Shown here in pieces: positions 17,372-30,365 of a stretch of 64,000 bases of DNA. How positions within the stretch are numbered: the first letter of the stretch is position 1; the number at the start of each line of letters is the position of its first letter. Source of the DNA: Escherichia coli (lineage in GTDB: Bacteria > Pseudomonadota > Gammaproteobacteria > Enterobacterales > Enterobacteriaceae); the NCBI RefSeq assembly GCF_003018235.1, contig NZ_CP027437.1; one strand, written 5' to 3'. The position numbers and the translations under genes were made by a program. Under the pieces are notes generated by a model. It made no database searches, had not been told where the DNA came from, and was given only the letters and a program-made list of their open reading frames with translations.

Positions 17372-18471
17372 CACACCGCTCCTTTACGCGAAAAACTGGC
17401 GCGCAGGCGGCGGACCGGCACGGTGTCCCAAAGGTTGAGAACAATCGCCAAAGCCAGATAAATCAGGTTAACGGTCCACATCCACAGCGTCGGGTCCAGC
17501 TTACCTTTACCACCGTTCGATTTCAGGGAGGTCTGGATCAGGAAGAAAAGTAGATACAGCAGCATGGCTGGCAGCATCGACAGTACGCGTCCCTGACGCG
17601 GGTTAACCACGCTCAGCGGTACGACCATAAGCGCCATCATAAACACGGTGAATACCAACGTGATACGCCAGTTCAGTTCTGCGCGGGCACGATCGGTGTC
17701 AGTGTTCCACAATGTGCGCATGTCCATCTGGTCGGTATCGTTCGGGTCGAGCGCCACCGCCTGGTGACCAATGATCGCCTGATAATCCTGGAAATCCGTA
17801 ATGCGGAAATCACGTAACAGTGCAGTGCCTTCGAAGCGCGTTCCCTGGTTGAGAGTGACGACCTGGGAGCCGTCGCGCAGCTGGGTTAAATGTCCGGAAT
17901 CGGCCACCACCACAGAAGGACGTGCATTACCTTTTGGTCGAATTTGCGCGAGGAACACATCTTTGAAATCGCTGCCGTCAACGCTTTCGATGAACAGCAC
18001 CGAGCTGCCATTAGTCGCTTGCTGGAATTGCCCTTGCGCCAGCGCCGCCATGCCAGGGTTCGCTTTCGCTTCTGCTAACACTTCATCCTGATGACGCGAT
18101 GACCACGGTCCCGCCCACATCACGTTAACCGCCGCGACGATTGCCGTGAATACCGCAAGGATCATTGCCGCTTTCACCAGAACCGCTTTGCTCAGGCCGC
18201 AGGCATGCATTACCGTAATTTCACTTTCGGTATACAGTTTGCCCAGCGTCATCAGCAGCCCGAGGAACAGGCTTAATGGCAGGATAAGCTGCGCCATTTC
18301 CGGCACGCCCAACCCGAGAAGGGAGAGCACCAGATTCGCCGGAATATCGCCGTCAACCGCTGCGCCGAGGATCCTCACTAACTTTTGACAGAAGAAGATC
18401 AAAAGCAAGATGAAGAGTATCGCCAGCTGGCTTTTGAGCGTCTCCCGCACCAGATATCTTATGATTATCAC
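17371..18471 (-). CDS. lptF: LPS export ABC permease LptF
   Basis: 366 aa (MIIIRYLVRETLKSQLAILF...). Its stop overlaps the lptG start. Confidence 0.96.
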   Translation of the reverse strand: MIIIRYLVRETLKSQLAILFILLLIFFCQKLVRILGAAVDGDIPANLVLSLLGLGVPEMAQLILPLSLFLGLLMTLGKLYTESEITVMHACGLSKAVLVKAAMILAVFTAIVAAVNVMWAGPWSSRHQDEVLAEAKANPGMAALAQGQFQQATNGSSVLFIESVDGSDFKDVFLAQIRPKGNARPSVVVADSGHLTQLRDGSQVVTLNQGTRFEGTALLRDFRITDFQDYQAIIGHQAVALDPNDTDQMDMRTLWNTDTDRARAELNWRITLVFTVFMMALMVVPLSVVNPRQGRVLSMLPAMLLYLLFFLIQTSLKSNGGKGKLDPTLWMWTVNLIYLALAIVLNLWDTVPVRRLRASFSRKGAV

Positions 18472-18734
18472 TTTAAATACGCCCGTAAAAACTCGTCTTT
18501 TGCAGGATTTTAGCTTGTTTCATGGCTTAAACGTCATTTATTCTCTTGAGTCGTCGAAATCGTCGCTAAGATAATTATACTCAACGGATTCACCTCTCAG
18601 ATTTTGTTCTGACGTGCCAATGCCGTAATAACGTTAAGATTAACACGAAGTCATCGCAACAGCGGACATGAGTTACGAAAGCTTGCAATTCTATCTGTAG
18701 CCACCGCCGTTGTCTTTAAGATTCAGGAGCGTAG

Positions 18735-20249
<1,515 letters not shown>

Positions 20250-20261
20250 GTTTGCGTTTTA

Positions 20262-20299
20262 CCCTCACCCTAACCCTCTCCCTAAGGGAGAGGGAACCG
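20262..20299. repeat. Intergenic GC-rich hairpin repeat (BoxC-like family), copy 1
   Basis: ccctcaccctaaccctctccctaagggagagggaaccg, with hairpin ccctctccc/gggagaggg. A near-identical copy lies at 45185-45223. Confidence 0.6.
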
Positions 20300-20382
20300 A
20301 TCGAGCGCAATAGAAATTCATTGCTCATCTTTCAGGGTGAGGAATGCAGCAATATTTAAATCCACCACAAGAAGCCCCATAT

Positions 20383-20826
20383 ATGAAAAACGCAACGTTC
20401 TACCTTCTGGACAATGACACCACCGTCGATGGCTTAAGCGCCGTTGAGCAGTTGGTGTGTGAAATTGCCGCAGAACGTTGGCGCAGCGGTAAGCGCGTAC
20501 TCATCGCCTGTGAAGATGAAAAGCAGGCTTACCGGCTGGATGAAGCCCTGTGGGCGCGTCCGGCAGAAAGCTTTGTTCCGCATAATTTAGCGGGAGAAGG
20601 ACCGCGCGGCGGTGCGCCGGTGGAGATCGCCTGGCCGCAAAAGCGCAGCAGCAGCCCGCGCGATATATTGATTAGTCTGCGAACAAGCTTTGCAGATTTT
20701 GCCACCGCTTTCACAGAAGTGGTAGACTTCGTTCCTTATGAAGATTCTCTGAAACAACTGGCGCGCGAACGCTATAAAGCCTACCGCGTGGCTGGTTTCA
20801 ACCTGAATACGGCAACCTGGAAATAA
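20383..20826 (+). CDS. holC: DNA polymerase III chi subunit
   Basis: 147 aa from ATG 20383 ([33 protein letters not shown]...). Confidence 0.96.
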   Translation: MKNATFYLLDNDTTVDGLSAVEQLVCEIAAERWRSGKRVLIACEDEKQAYRLDEALWARPAESFVPHNLAGEGPRGGAPVEIAWPQKRSSSPRDILISLRTSFADFATAFTEVVDFVPYEDSLKQLARERYKAYRVAGFNLNTATWK

Positions 20827-23681
20827 TGGAAAAGACATATAACCCACAAGATATCGAACAGCCGCTTTACGAGCACTGGGAAAAGCAGGGCTACTTTAAG
20901 CCTAATGGCGATGAAAGCCAGGAAAGTTTCTGCATCATGATCCCGCCGCCGAACGTCACCGGCAGTTTGCATATGGGTCACGCCTTCCAGCAAACCATCA
21001 TGGATACCATGATCCGCTATCAGCGCATGCAGGGCAAAAACACCCTGTGGCAGGTCGGTACTGACCACGCCGGGATCGCTACCCAGATGGTCGTTGAGCG
21101 CAAGATTGCCGCAGAAGAAGGTAAAACCCGTCACGACTACGGCCGCGAAGCTTTCATCGACAAAATCTGGGAATGGAAAGCGGAATCCGGCGGCACCATT
21201 ACCCGTCAGATGCGTCGTCTCGGCAACTCCGTGGACTGGGAACGTGAACGCTTCACCATGGACGAAGGTCTGTCCAATGCGGTGAAAGAAGTTTTCGTTC
21301 GTCTGTATAAAGAAGACCTGATTTACCGTGGCAAGCGCCTGGTAAACTGGGACCCGAAACTGCGTACCGCTATCTCTGACCTGGAAGTGGAAAACCGCGA
21401 ATCGAAAGGTTCGATGTGGCACATCCGCTATCCGCTGGCTGACGGCGCGAAAACCGCAGATGGTAAAGATTATCTGGTGGTTGCGACTACCCGTCCGGAA
21501 ACCCTGCTGGGCGATACCGGCGTGGCCGTTAACCCGGAAGATCCACGTTACAAAGATCTGATTGGCAAATATGTCATTCTACCGCTGGTTAACCGTCGTA
21601 TTCCGATCGTTGGCGACGAACACGCCGACATGGAAAAAGGCACCGGCTGCGTGAAGATCACCCCGGCGCACGACTTTAACGACTATGAAGTCGGTAAACG
21701 TCACGCCCTGCCGATGATCAACATCCTTACCTTTGACGGCGATATCCGTGAAAGCGCCCAGGTGTTCGATACCAAAGGTAACGAATCTGACGTTTATTCC
21801 AGCGAGATCCCGGCAGAATTCCAGAAACTGGAGCGTTTTGCTGCACGTAAAGCGGTCGTTGCTGCGGTTGACGCACTCGGCCTGCTGGAAGAAATTAAAC
21901 CGCACGACCTGACCGTTCCTTACGGCGACCGTGGCGGCGTAGTTATCGAACCGATGCTGACCGACCAGTGGTACGTGCGTGCCGATGTCCTGGCGAAACC
22001 GGCGGTTGAAGCGGTTGAGAACGGCGACATTCAGTTCGTACCGAAGCAGTACGAAAACATGTACTTCTCCTGGATGCGCGATATTCAGGACTGGTGTATC
22101 TCACGTCAGCTGTGGTGGGGTCACCGTATCCCGGCATGGTATGACGAAGCGGGTAACGTTTATGTTGGCCGCAACGAAGACGAAGTGCGTAAAGAAAATA
22201 ACCTCGGTGCTGATGTTGTCCTGCGTCAGGACGAAGACGTTCTCGACACCTGGTTCTCTTCTGCGCTGTGGACCTTCTCTACCCTTGGCTGGCCGGAAAA
22301 TACCAACGCCCTGCGTCAGTTCCACCCAACCAGCGTGATGGTATCTGGTTTCGACATCATCTTCTTCTGGATTGCCCGCATGATCATGATGACCATGCAC
22401 TTCATCAAAGATGAAAATGGCAAACCGCAGGTGCCGTTCCACACTGTTTACATGACCGGTCTGATTCGTGACGACGAAGGCCAGAAGATGTCCAAATCCA
22501 AGGGTAACGTTATCGACCCGCTGGATATGGTTGACGGTATTTCGCTGCCAGAACTGCTGGAAAAACGTACCGGCAATATGATGCAGCCGCAGCTGGCGGA
22601 CAAAATCCGTAAGCGCACCGAGAAACAGTTCCCGAACGGCATTGAGCCGCACGGCACCGATGCCCTGCGCTTCACCCTGGCGGCGCTGGCTTCTACCGGT
22701 CGTGACATCAACTGGGATATGAAGCGTCTGGAAGGCTACCGTAACTTCTGTAACAAGCTGTGGAACGCCAGCCGCTTTGTGCTGATGAACACAGAAGGTC
22801 AGGATTGCGGCTTCAACGGCGGTGAAATGACGCTGTCGCTGGCGGACCGCTGGATTCTGGCGGAGTTCAACCAGACCATCAAAGCGTACCGCGAAGCGCT
22901 GGACAGCTTCCGCTTCGATATCGCTGCAGGCATTTTGTATGAGTTCACCTGGAACCAGTTCTGTGACTGGTATCTGGAGCTGACCAAGCCGGTAATGAAC
23001 GGTGGAACAGAAGCCGAACTGCGCGGTACTCGCCATACGCTGGTGACTGTACTGGAAGGTCTGCTGCGCCTCGCGCATCCGATCATTCCATTCATCACCG
23101 AAACCATCTGGCAGCGTGTGAAAGTACTTTGCGGTATCACTGCCGACACCATCATGCTGCAACCGTTCCCGCAGTACGATGCGTCTCAGGTGGATGAAGC
23201 CGCACTGGCCGACACCGAGTGGCTGAAACAGGCGATCGTTGCTGTACGTAACATCCGTGCAGAAATGAACATCGCGCCGGGCAAACCGCTGGAACTGCTG
23301 CTGCGTGGTTGCAGCGCGGATGCAGAACGTCGCGTAAATGAAAACCGTGGCTTCCTGCAAACCCTGGCGCGTCTGGAAAGCATCACCGTGCTGCCTGCCG
23401 ATGACAAAGGTCCGGTTTCCGTTACGAAGATCATCGACGGCGCAGAGCTGCTGATCCCGATGGCTGGCCTCATCAACAAAGAAGATGAGCTGGCGCGTCT
23501 GGCGAAAGAAGTGGCGAAGATCGAAGGCGAAATCAGCCGTATCGAGAACAAGCTGGCGAATGAAGGCTTTGTCGCCCGCGCACCGGAAGCGGTCATCGCG
23601 AAAGAGCGTGAGAAGCTGGAAGGCTATGCGGAAGCGAAAGCGAAGCTGATTGAACAGCAGGCTGTTATCGCCGCGCTGTAA
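20826..23681 (+). CDS. valS: Valyl-tRNA synthetase
   Basis: 951 aa. HIGH motif region [18 protein letters not shown] motif, C-terminal coiled coil. Confidence 0.98.
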   Translation: MEKTYNPQDIEQPLYEHWEKQGYFKPNGDESQESFCIMIPPPNVTGSLHMGHAFQQTIMDTMIRYQRMQGKNTLWQVGTDHAGIATQMVVERKIAAEEGKTRHDYGREAFIDKIWEWKAESGGTITRQMRRLGNSVDWERERFTMDEGLSNAVKEVFVRLYKEDLIYRGKRLVNWDPKLRTAISDLEVENRESKGSMWHIRYPLADGAKTADGKDYLVVATTRPETLLGDTGVAVNPEDPRYKDLIGKYVILPLVNRRIPIVGDEHADMEKGTGCVKITPAHDFNDYEVGKRHALPMINILTFDGDIRESAQVFDTKGNESDVYSSEIPAEFQKLERFAARKAVVAAVDALGLLEEIKPHDLTVPYGDRGGVVIEPMLTDQWYVRADVLAKPAVEAVENGDIQFVPKQYENMYFSWMRDIQDWCISRQLWWGHRIPAWYDEAGNVYVGRNEDEVRKENNLGADVVLRQDEDVLDTWFSSALWTFSTLGWPENTNALRQFHPTSVMVSGFDIIFFWIARMIMMTMHFIKDENGKPQVPFHTVYMTGLIRDDEGQKMSKSKGNVIDPLDMVDGISLPELLEKRTGNMMQPQLADKIRKRTEKQFPNGIEPHGTDALRFTLAALASTGRDINWDMKRLEGYRNFCNKLWNASRFVLMNTEGQDCGFNGGEMTLSLADRWILAEFNQTIKAYREALDSFRFDIAAGILYEFTWNQFCDWYLELTKPVMNGGTEAELRGTRHTLVTVLEGLLRLAHPIIPFITETIWQRVKVLCGITADTIMLQPFPQYDASQVDEAALADTEWLKQAIVAVRNIRAEMNIAPGKPLELLLRGCSADAERRVNENRGFLQTLARLESITVLPADDKGPVSVTKIIDGAELLIPMAGLINKEDELARLAKEVAKIEGEISRIENKLANEGFVARAPEAVIAKEREKLEGYAEAKAKLIEQQAVIAAL

Positions 23682-23703
23682 TCAAAACACAGTGATGAAA
23701 ACG

Positions 23704-23731
23704 AAGGCCGGAGCATGCTCCGGCCTTTTTT
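23704..23731 (+). terminator. valS rho-independent terminator
   Basis: aaggccggagc-atg-ctccggcctt followed by tttttt. Confidence 0.8.
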
Positions 23732-23736
23732 ATCTC

Positions 23737-24933
23737 TTACAGAAATGGTAAAGAAGGCATAACTCCCCGAGAAATACCGGCTAAGAAGCCTTTATCTGGT
23801 TGTTCTTCTTTATTGATTAAAGGAAGGTCATCCAAATCGCCCAGCAAATACGTATTTTTTGCCTGCCAGTCAATCATCCATATTTTCAACAGTGGATAAG
23901 CCAGACCGCCCGTAATCCCGGATATCACCACCAACGCACACATGCGATAAAGCATACCGTGGTACGTTAAAGTTGAGCGAAAACGAATACGCCCATCATT
24001 CAGTGACAGGTTGCTCATAAAATGATTTCGCAACGACACCGTTAAATAACTGGTGCTAACAGCAATCCCAAAATAATAAATTAACTGCGCGATTATCATT
24101 TTACGTTGCATTTCCATAAATTGCTGTAAATTCTCAATATCATCATTTGCATACCCAGAACTATCATACTCATTTAATATTTGATCGAAGATAATATAAC
24201 CAGCAACAGCGAGAAAAGGTAATAAAGCTAAAAATGCGAGGATGGCATATTTTATACAATACGCAGTATCTAATTTCACCTTGAAACGATGTATACCGAA
24301 ACTGGTATTACTCCAGAGAAAACTCATTACCAGACTATATAAAGTACCATTAAAAATACCAATGGAAACAATACCAACTATTGCCATCAGAACCACAGAT
24401 ATAATAACACTACTTGAACTATTGGCATGTAGCATCTTTGTCGAGATAAAGAAAACAGTCCCCATCCCAATGGCCATTAAAATCGGCAAGAAAAAGGTTA
24501 CCCACCAGAACCCTTTCATAGAGCAATTAAAACTAAATCTTACGCCGTTGAGACTGGTCATCAAGGCCTGATGACGCAGTCCTTTTGCTGCCATAAATAT
24601 AAGCAAAACCAACAGTAACAAAGTCAAAACACAACCAACAAGCGGCATATCTGCTGACACTGTCATTAAGATTGCGAAATAGAAAAAAACAAAAATAAGA
24701 CAACTAACAAAAACATTCCCACCGGTTATTCCATAAGAAAATCGTTGTCCGTTAACTTCCATATTAGCATAAAGATAACGCTTACATTTCATTAATGCCC
24801 ATGGTAAATAGATACCTAGCGTTATAATCGTTAACAACACATTCACCACACAAATAAGAAAATATCTCTCACCTGTACCATGAAAAACAAAAGAATGGGA
24901 CGGAACATCCATTTCATTAATAACTTGAGCCAT
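23737..24933 (-). CDS. yjgN: DUF898 inner-membrane protein YjgN
   Basis: 398 aa from ATG 24933 (MAQVINEMDVPSHSFVFHGTGERYF...). Multiple TM segments. AT-rich. Confidence 0.9.
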   Translation of the reverse strand: MAQVINEMDVPSHSFVFHGTGERYFLICVVNVLLTIITLGIYLPWALMKCKRYLYANMEVNGQRFSYGITGGNVFVSCLIFVFFYFAILMTVSADMPLVGCVLTLLLLVLLIFMAAKGLRHQALMTSLNGVRFSFNCSMKGFWWVTFFLPILMAIGMGTVFFISTKMLHANSSSSVIISVVLMAIVGIVSIGIFNGTLYSLVMSFLWSNTSFGIHRFKVKLDTAYCIKYAILAFLALLPFLAVAGYIIFDQILNEYDSSGYANDDIENLQQFMEMQRKMIIAQLIYYFGIAVSTSYLTVSLRNHFMSNLSLNDGRIRFRSTLTYHGMLYRMCALVVISGITGGLAYPLLKIWMIDWQAKNTYLLGDLDDLPLINKEEQPDKGFLAGISRGVMPSLPFL

Positions 24934-25125
24934 AAAAATTCCCTGAATTAAAAAATCCATTGATATAATTTATAGATACAGACAGTAAAATGTTCTGCCA
25001 CGTTACAATACTCTTATCAGTAATAGGCTGGCAAAAACTTTATTGCTTTATAAGACGCTTGCGCACGTAAGAAGAGAGTGGTATTAAACAAATGTATAAT
25101 TACTTTATTTTTATTGGGTTAAACT

Positions 25126-25629
25126 ATGAATAACATTGCGCCGCAATCACCTGTAATGCGTCGCCTGACGCTGCAGGATAATCCTGCTATCGCCCGCGTC
25201 ATTCGTCAGGTATCCGCCGAATACGGTCTTACCGCTGATAAAGGCTACACCGTCGCCGATCCGAATCTTGACGAGCTGTATCAAGTGTATAGTCAGCCTG
25301 GCCATGCATATTGGGTGGTTGAGTACGAGGGTGAAGTGGTCGGCGGCGGTGGGATTGCGCCATTAACCGGGAGTGAGTCGGACATTTGCGAACTGCAAAA
25401 GATGTATTTTCTTCCGGCTATTCGCGGTAAAGGGCTAGCGAAAAAACTGGCCTTAATGGCGATGGAGCAGGCACGAGAGATGGGCTTCAAACGCTGCTAT
25501 CTGGAAACGACCGCTTTTTTAAAGGAAGCCATTGCGCTTTATGAGCATTTGGGCTTTGAGCATATCGACTATGCGCTTGGCTGCACGGGCCATGTTGATT
25601 GTGAAGTGCGGATGCTACGCGAACTCTAA
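25126..25629 (+). CDS. yjgM: GNAT-family acetyltransferase YjgM
   Basis: 167 aa. GNAT motif A region [18 protein letters not shown]. Confidence 0.92.
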   Translation: MNNIAPQSPVMRRLTLQDNPAIARVIRQVSAEYGLTADKGYTVADPNLDELYQVYSQPGHAYWVVEYEGEVVGGGGIAPLTGSESDICELQKMYFLPAIRGKGLAKKLALMAMEQAREMGFKRCYLETTAFLKEAIALYEHLGFEHIDYALGCTGHVDCEVRMLREL

Positions 25630-25665
25630 AAAAATGCCCGCTAGTATGTGCTATCGGGCATTTTA
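25628..25665. terminator. Bidirectional hairpin between yjgM and rraB
   Basis: A-run, atgcccg...cgggcat stem, then T-run, located between convergent genes. Confidence 0.6.
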
Positions 25666-25674
25666 ATCAATTAA

Positions 25675-26091
25675 TTAGTGGCGAACCCCGTCATCGTCTT
25701 CATCGACAAAATCTTCATCGTCGCCATCTTCGCCGTTAGGATCTTCAAAGTAAGTGCCCCAACCGTCGTACTCAACGTCAAATTTCTCCGCCAGCGTCAT
25801 CAGTTGTTCAACCTGGGCATCGATCAGATCGGCATTCAACGCGCACTCGCTGAGGATGTCGCAGCAAATCACGATATCACCATCTTCAACTTCCAGCTCT
25901 TCTGGATCGGTCACTTCGTAACCGAGTTTAAACGCTTCAACTGCCGCTTTTTCCAGAGTTTCCAGATCGTCTGCGGAAAGATGGTGTTCGATGGTGTACA
26001 GCGCGTCCGGATCGCTGCCATCTTCCAGTAATTCTTCAATAATCAAACGTGTTTCTTCACGCTGTTCTTCCAGTTGTTCCGGGTTTGCCAT
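25675..26091 (-). CDS. rraB: RNase E regulator RraB (YjgD)
   Basis: 138 aa, highly acidic ([29 protein letters not shown]...). Confidence 0.95.
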
Positions 26092-26252
26092 GGCTCATTC
26101 CTCTTAATGTCCTGCCGATACTCTTATTGTCACACACCACTGACATTGCCTCCACCTTTGTGATAAAGATTTATGCTTTAGACTTGCAAATGAATAATCA
26201 TCCATATAAATTGAATTTTAATTCATTGAGGCGTTAGCCACAGGAGGGATCT

Positions 26253-27257
26253 ATGTCCGGGTTTTATCATAAGCATTTCCTGAAATTACTCGATTTCACG
26301 CCAGCTGAACTTAACAGCCTGCTGCAGTTAGCCGCGAAGCTGAAAGCCGATAAGAAAAGCGGTAAAGAAGAAGCCAAACTCACTGGTAAAAACATCGCGC
26401 TCATCTTCGAAAAAGACTCGACCCGTACCCGATGCTCTTTCGAAGTTGCCGCATATGACCAGGGTGCTCGCGTTACTTATCTCGGCCCAAGCGGCAGCCA
26501 AATTGGTCATAAAGAGTCGATTAAAGACACTGCCCGCGTGCTTGGTCGCATGTATGACGGTATTCAGTATCGCGGCTATGGTCAGGAGATTGTCGAAACA
26601 CTGGCGGAATACGCTGGCGTGCCGGTATGGAACGGCCTGACCAATGAGTTTCACCCAACGCAGCTGCTGGCGGATCTCCTCACCATGCAGGAGCATTTGC
26701 CCGGCAAAGCGTTCAACGAAATGACGCTGGTCTATGCAGGTGACGCACGTAACAACATGGGCAATTCGATGCTCGAAGCTGCAGCGCTTACCGGTCTGGA
26801 TTTGCGTCTGGTCGCGCCACAGGCGTGCTGGCCAGAAGCTGCGCTGGTTACGGAATGCCGCGCCCTGGCACAACAAAATGGCGGGAATATTACGCTGACG
26901 GAAGATATAGCTAAAGGAGTTGAAGGTGCTGACTTTATCTATACCGATGTATGGGTGTCGATGGGTGAAGCAAAAGAAAAATGGGCTGAACGCATTGCAT
27001 TGCTGCGTGATTATCAGGTGAACAGCAAGATGATGCAGTTGACTGGTAACCCTGAGGTCAAATTCCTCCACTGCCTGCCCGCGTTTCATGACGACCAAAC
27101 GACGCTTGGCAAGAAAATGGCGGAAGAGTTTGGCCTACATGGCGGAATGGAAGTGACTGATGAGGTCTTCGAATCTGCCGCCAGCATTGTATTTGATCAG
27201 GCGGAAAACCGCATGCATACCATCAAAGCGGTGATGGTCGCGACGCTCAGTAAATAA
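26253..27257 (+). CDS. argI: Ornithine carbamoyltransferase chain I
   Basis: 334 aa. STRTR and HCLP motifs. Confidence 0.97.
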   Translation: MSGFYHKHFLKLLDFTPAELNSLLQLAAKLKADKKSGKEEAKLTGKNIALIFEKDSTRTRCSFEVAAYDQGARVTYLGPSGSQIGHKESIKDTARVLGRMYDGIQYRGYGQEIVETLAEYAGVPVWNGLTNEFHPTQLLADLLTMQEHLPGKAFNEMTLVYAGDARNNMGNSMLEAAALTGLDLRLVAPQACWPEAALVTECRALAQQNGGNITLTEDIAKGVEGADFIYTDVWVSMGEAKEKWAERIALLRDYQVNSKMMQLTGNPEVKFLHCLPAFHDDQTTLGKKMAEEFGLHGGMEVTDEVFESAASIVFDQAENRMHTIKAVMVATLSK

Positions 27258-27273
27258 TTGATATCGCTATAAA

Positions 27274-27306
27274 GATGCCGGGAAATACAAAAAATATCCC
27301 GGCATC
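27274..27306. terminator. Hairpin between argI and yjgL
   Basis: gatgccggga...tcccggcatc, 10-bp stem between convergent genes. Confidence 0.6.
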
Positions 27307-27314
27307 ATATTATT

Positions 27315-28982
27315 TTATGCAGTGTGAGTTCTATTCTTCCACCCCAATTTTTCTATTACTGTTCGTAAATCTTCCGGAGGATTTAATTTTTCTAACTGTT
27401 CTTTATTAATATATTCATATATATTTATTTTCCCATCCCGGAGGATTTTCATCATTCTTGTTCTAATTTTTAATTCATTCCCCATCTTTTCTTCAAAAAT
27501 CTTAACGACATAACCCGGTTGTTTTTTTACAATTTCATTTGTTTTTTCTTCATTACCATAAACATATCCTAACTCATTAAGATACAGCTGTTCGCCCTCA
27601 TACTTCTTAAGTAATTGATAGAAGTACCACTTCGCAAAATCAGGTTGCTTCATGAAAAAACCCTTCAAAAAAATATCATTTACTAAAATGCTGACAGGCA
27701 CTTCATTAAATAGCAACTTAACATCATCAAATAACCTTAGTATTAAGCGTGATTTTTCTTGATTGCTTAAGTTAAAATCATTGACATATGCAACCAACTT
27801 ATCCCAAATCAATTCATGTAATTCACAGCTATTTTTATAGGGTTCTTTATCGAGATTGAAAAATAAGGTCTCAGCTATTTTAATTTTAGATTGATCGCAG
27901 CTAAAATCTTTAGATTGATCGCGGCTAAAATCAATATAATTTATCACAGAGCATGCATGCTTTATCTTTGCTGAATCACCAATATATTGCATGCTTTTAT
28001 TAAAACACCAATCCAGTATTCTTACATCATTAATATATGGGGATTTTAAAAAAGTCTCCAGAATCGAAACAATGACCGGTGCAAGGTTAACTTTTGCATC
28101 ATCTAAGGAATCAATAAGAATATGAGACAGGTTAACTTTGATGTCATTAATTTCATTGTCAGTAGCCTTTTTATTATTAATAAGATAATTATTTAATACG
28201 TTAAGGTCATCTATTTCTTTCAGTATCCCTTTTTTACCCAGCAAGTATGAAATCGATTCATTACATACATAAGGCATTAATAGCAGATGTTCTTTCCTTA
28301 TTGCTAATAATGCATTATTCAATGATTTTTCTAATAAATCCGTAATCGTAGAATCAACTGAACCTTTACAACTCACCTGCGAGTTATTTAAGTCATGAGA
28401 ATTATTTAACTCCTGCGGAATATTTAATAGACGAGCTATTTCCTTGTTAGCTTCGCGTTGGTAACACGCCAGAATCTTGTTAGTAATCAGGTGTAATGAA
28501 CTCTCATCTTTTCTTTCAAAGGACTTCCCTTCATAACGATTAGTCGAACCATCAGATTGTTGAAATATAATAGCCGTATGTCCTTGACGAGTCCCCATAG
28601 TAGTGATAGTGGAAAGTGTAATTTCTATTTCCACCTTAGATAAATCTGCTCGTTCCCCTTCAGGATTATTCATAACAAACTTCATTATCTCACTGCCATC
28701 ATTATTTTTGATATAAGATGAGGACTCAATATGAGCCATCATATTTCTTCCCGCTTCATTGGAGCGTTTGCTAAAATCCACATAACCCAGGGTAAATATT
28801 TTTACCAAAAACTCCAAAAATGTCTTAGGATCAAGGATATTTCTTGTATTATCCTGCCCCTCGGCATTACGGGCAAAATTATTCATTCCAACACGCCAGG
28901 TATTTATAACTTCACTTTTTTGTTTAAAATTGTCGGCTGATGTAATGTGTTGAGAAAAATTCCAACCTGATATTTTGCTCAT
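27315..28982 (-). CDS. yjgL: Uncharacterised protein YjgL (by synteny), AT-rich
   Basis: 555-aa ORF in the yjgL position between argI and tabA. Very AT-rich. Contains a 2 x 24-nt tandem repeat at 27885-27932. I recall K-12 YjgL as longer (about 604 aa), so a length variant is possible. Confidence 0.65.
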   Translation of the reverse strand: MSKISGWNFSQHITSADNFKQKSEVINTWRVGMNNFARNAEGQDNTRNILDPKTFLEFLVKIFTLGYVDFSKRSNEAGRNMMAHIESSSYIKNNDGSEIMKFVMNNPEGERADLSKVEIEITLSTITTMGTRQGHTAIIFQQSDGSTNRYEGKSFERKDESSLHLITNKILACYQREANKEIARLLNIPQELNNSHDLNNSQVSCKGSVDSTITDLLEKSLNNALLAIRKEHLLLMPYVCNESISYLLGKKGILKEIDDLNVLNNYLINNKKATDNEINDIKVNLSHILIDSLDDAKVNLAPVIVSILETFLKSPYINDVRILDWCFNKSMQYIGDSAKIKHACSVINYIDFSRDQSKDFSCDQSKIKIAETLFFNLDKEPYKNSCELHELIWDKLVAYVNDFNLSNQEKSRLILRLFDDVKLLFNEVPVSILVNDIFLKGFFMKQPDFAKWYFYQLLKKYEGEQLYLNELGYVYGNEEKTNEIVKKQPGYVVKIFEEKMGNELKIRTRMMKILRDGKINIYEYINKEQLEKLNPPEDLRTVIEKLGWKNRTHTA

Positions 28983-29104
28983 GACGAACTCCTTAAGTTA
29001 ATAAGAACGTCTAAGCATTACAAATTTTACTCACAAAAAAATATCAAAAAACGCTCTTTTCACAAACTCGCCGTAAACCTGGAGTTATTTACGGCGAAAA
29101 GTCA

Positions 29105-29569
<465 letters not shown>

Positions 29570-29701
29570 TTAATTAAAACAATGTTTCATTTCTATCGTT
29601 ATACGAAAAGATGATCAATTCCGCTAGCCTTAACGCGTGAATTATTGTCTTATCACAACTTATCGGCAGGCGCGTTCCCGCCTTTCGGATCAAGGCCAGC
29701 A

Positions 29702-30295
29702 TCACTCCTTGATAAGAGTTTTTATCGCTTCCCCCGCCAGGGCAGCTGTTGCACAGAGTTGTTCGATGGAGTGCCCCTCCCGTGCCTTCGCAGAAAGCCC
29801 TGACATCACGGTACTCATAAAATCAGTCACACATTGTGCGCTTTGTGGATGCCGCCTGGCGATATAGTCATAAATGGTCGTTTCTGCGGCGTGATAATAT
29901 TGAACGGCAATATCACGCGCTTGTGGATCATGACTATGAATACCTTCAAGAACCATACAGCCAGCGCAGCCGCCGTTTTGGCTATATCTGCGCGCCGCTT
30001 CTTTTAATACCTCAACCAGGCACTCGCCTACCGGACGATCATCACGAAGAATATCGGCAAGCGGAATAGCTTCCGTACCGACATATTCATTGAGTACACG
30101 GCTAAATAACCCAGCCTTACTGCCAAAAGCCGCGTAGAGGCTCGGGGGGTTAATACCAAGATAATCAGTAACTTCAGCAACACTGACAGCATCGAAACCT
30201 TTTTGGTGAAAAAGCACTTTTGCCGCAGAGACTGCCTGCTCAGGAGCGAAACGTCTGGGACGACCTGGAACGCGAGATTGTTTTTTAGTGACCAT
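29702..30295 (-). CDS. bdcR: TetR-family repressor BdcR (YjgJ)
   Basis: 197 aa. N-terminal TetR HTH (GFDAVSVAEVTDYLGINPPSLYAAFGSK). Divergent from bdcA. Confidence 0.93.
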   Translation of the reverse strand: MVTKKQSRVPGRPRRFAPEQAVSAAKVLFHQKGFDAVSVAEVTDYLGINPPSLYAAFGSKAGLFSRVLNEYVGTEAIPLADILRDDRPVGECLVEVLKEAARRYSQNGGCAGCMVLEGIHSHDPQARDIAVQYYHAAETTIYDYIARRHPQSAQCVTDFMSTVMSGLSAKAREGHSIEQLCATAALAGEAIKTLIKE

Positions 30296-30365
30296 TACAA
30301 AACTTGTTGACAGAAAGTTAAAACAGTTTTGTAATGCATGTTACATAATAAATCAAGGAGTCCTT

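Noticed and set aside
22101-23360. 419-aa ORF antisense to valS, plus other long antisense ORFs at 20781-21422, 13639-14445 (ahr), 26328-27098 (argI), 43537-45042 (nrdD), 49438-50169 (mpl), 50621-51139 (fbp) and 61026-62056 (tamB)
   Set aside because: Each lies entirely inside a well-recognised, full-length conserved gene on the opposite strand. The translated products are low-complexity and rich in Arg, His and Gln. This is typical of stop-free antisense frames in GC-balanced coding DNA.
30288-30365. N-terminal extension of bdcA overlapping the bdcR start
   Set aside because: The SDR fold begins at MGAFTGKTVLILGGSRGIG (ATG 30366). The extension would overlap the divergent bdcR start and the shared promoter and operator region.
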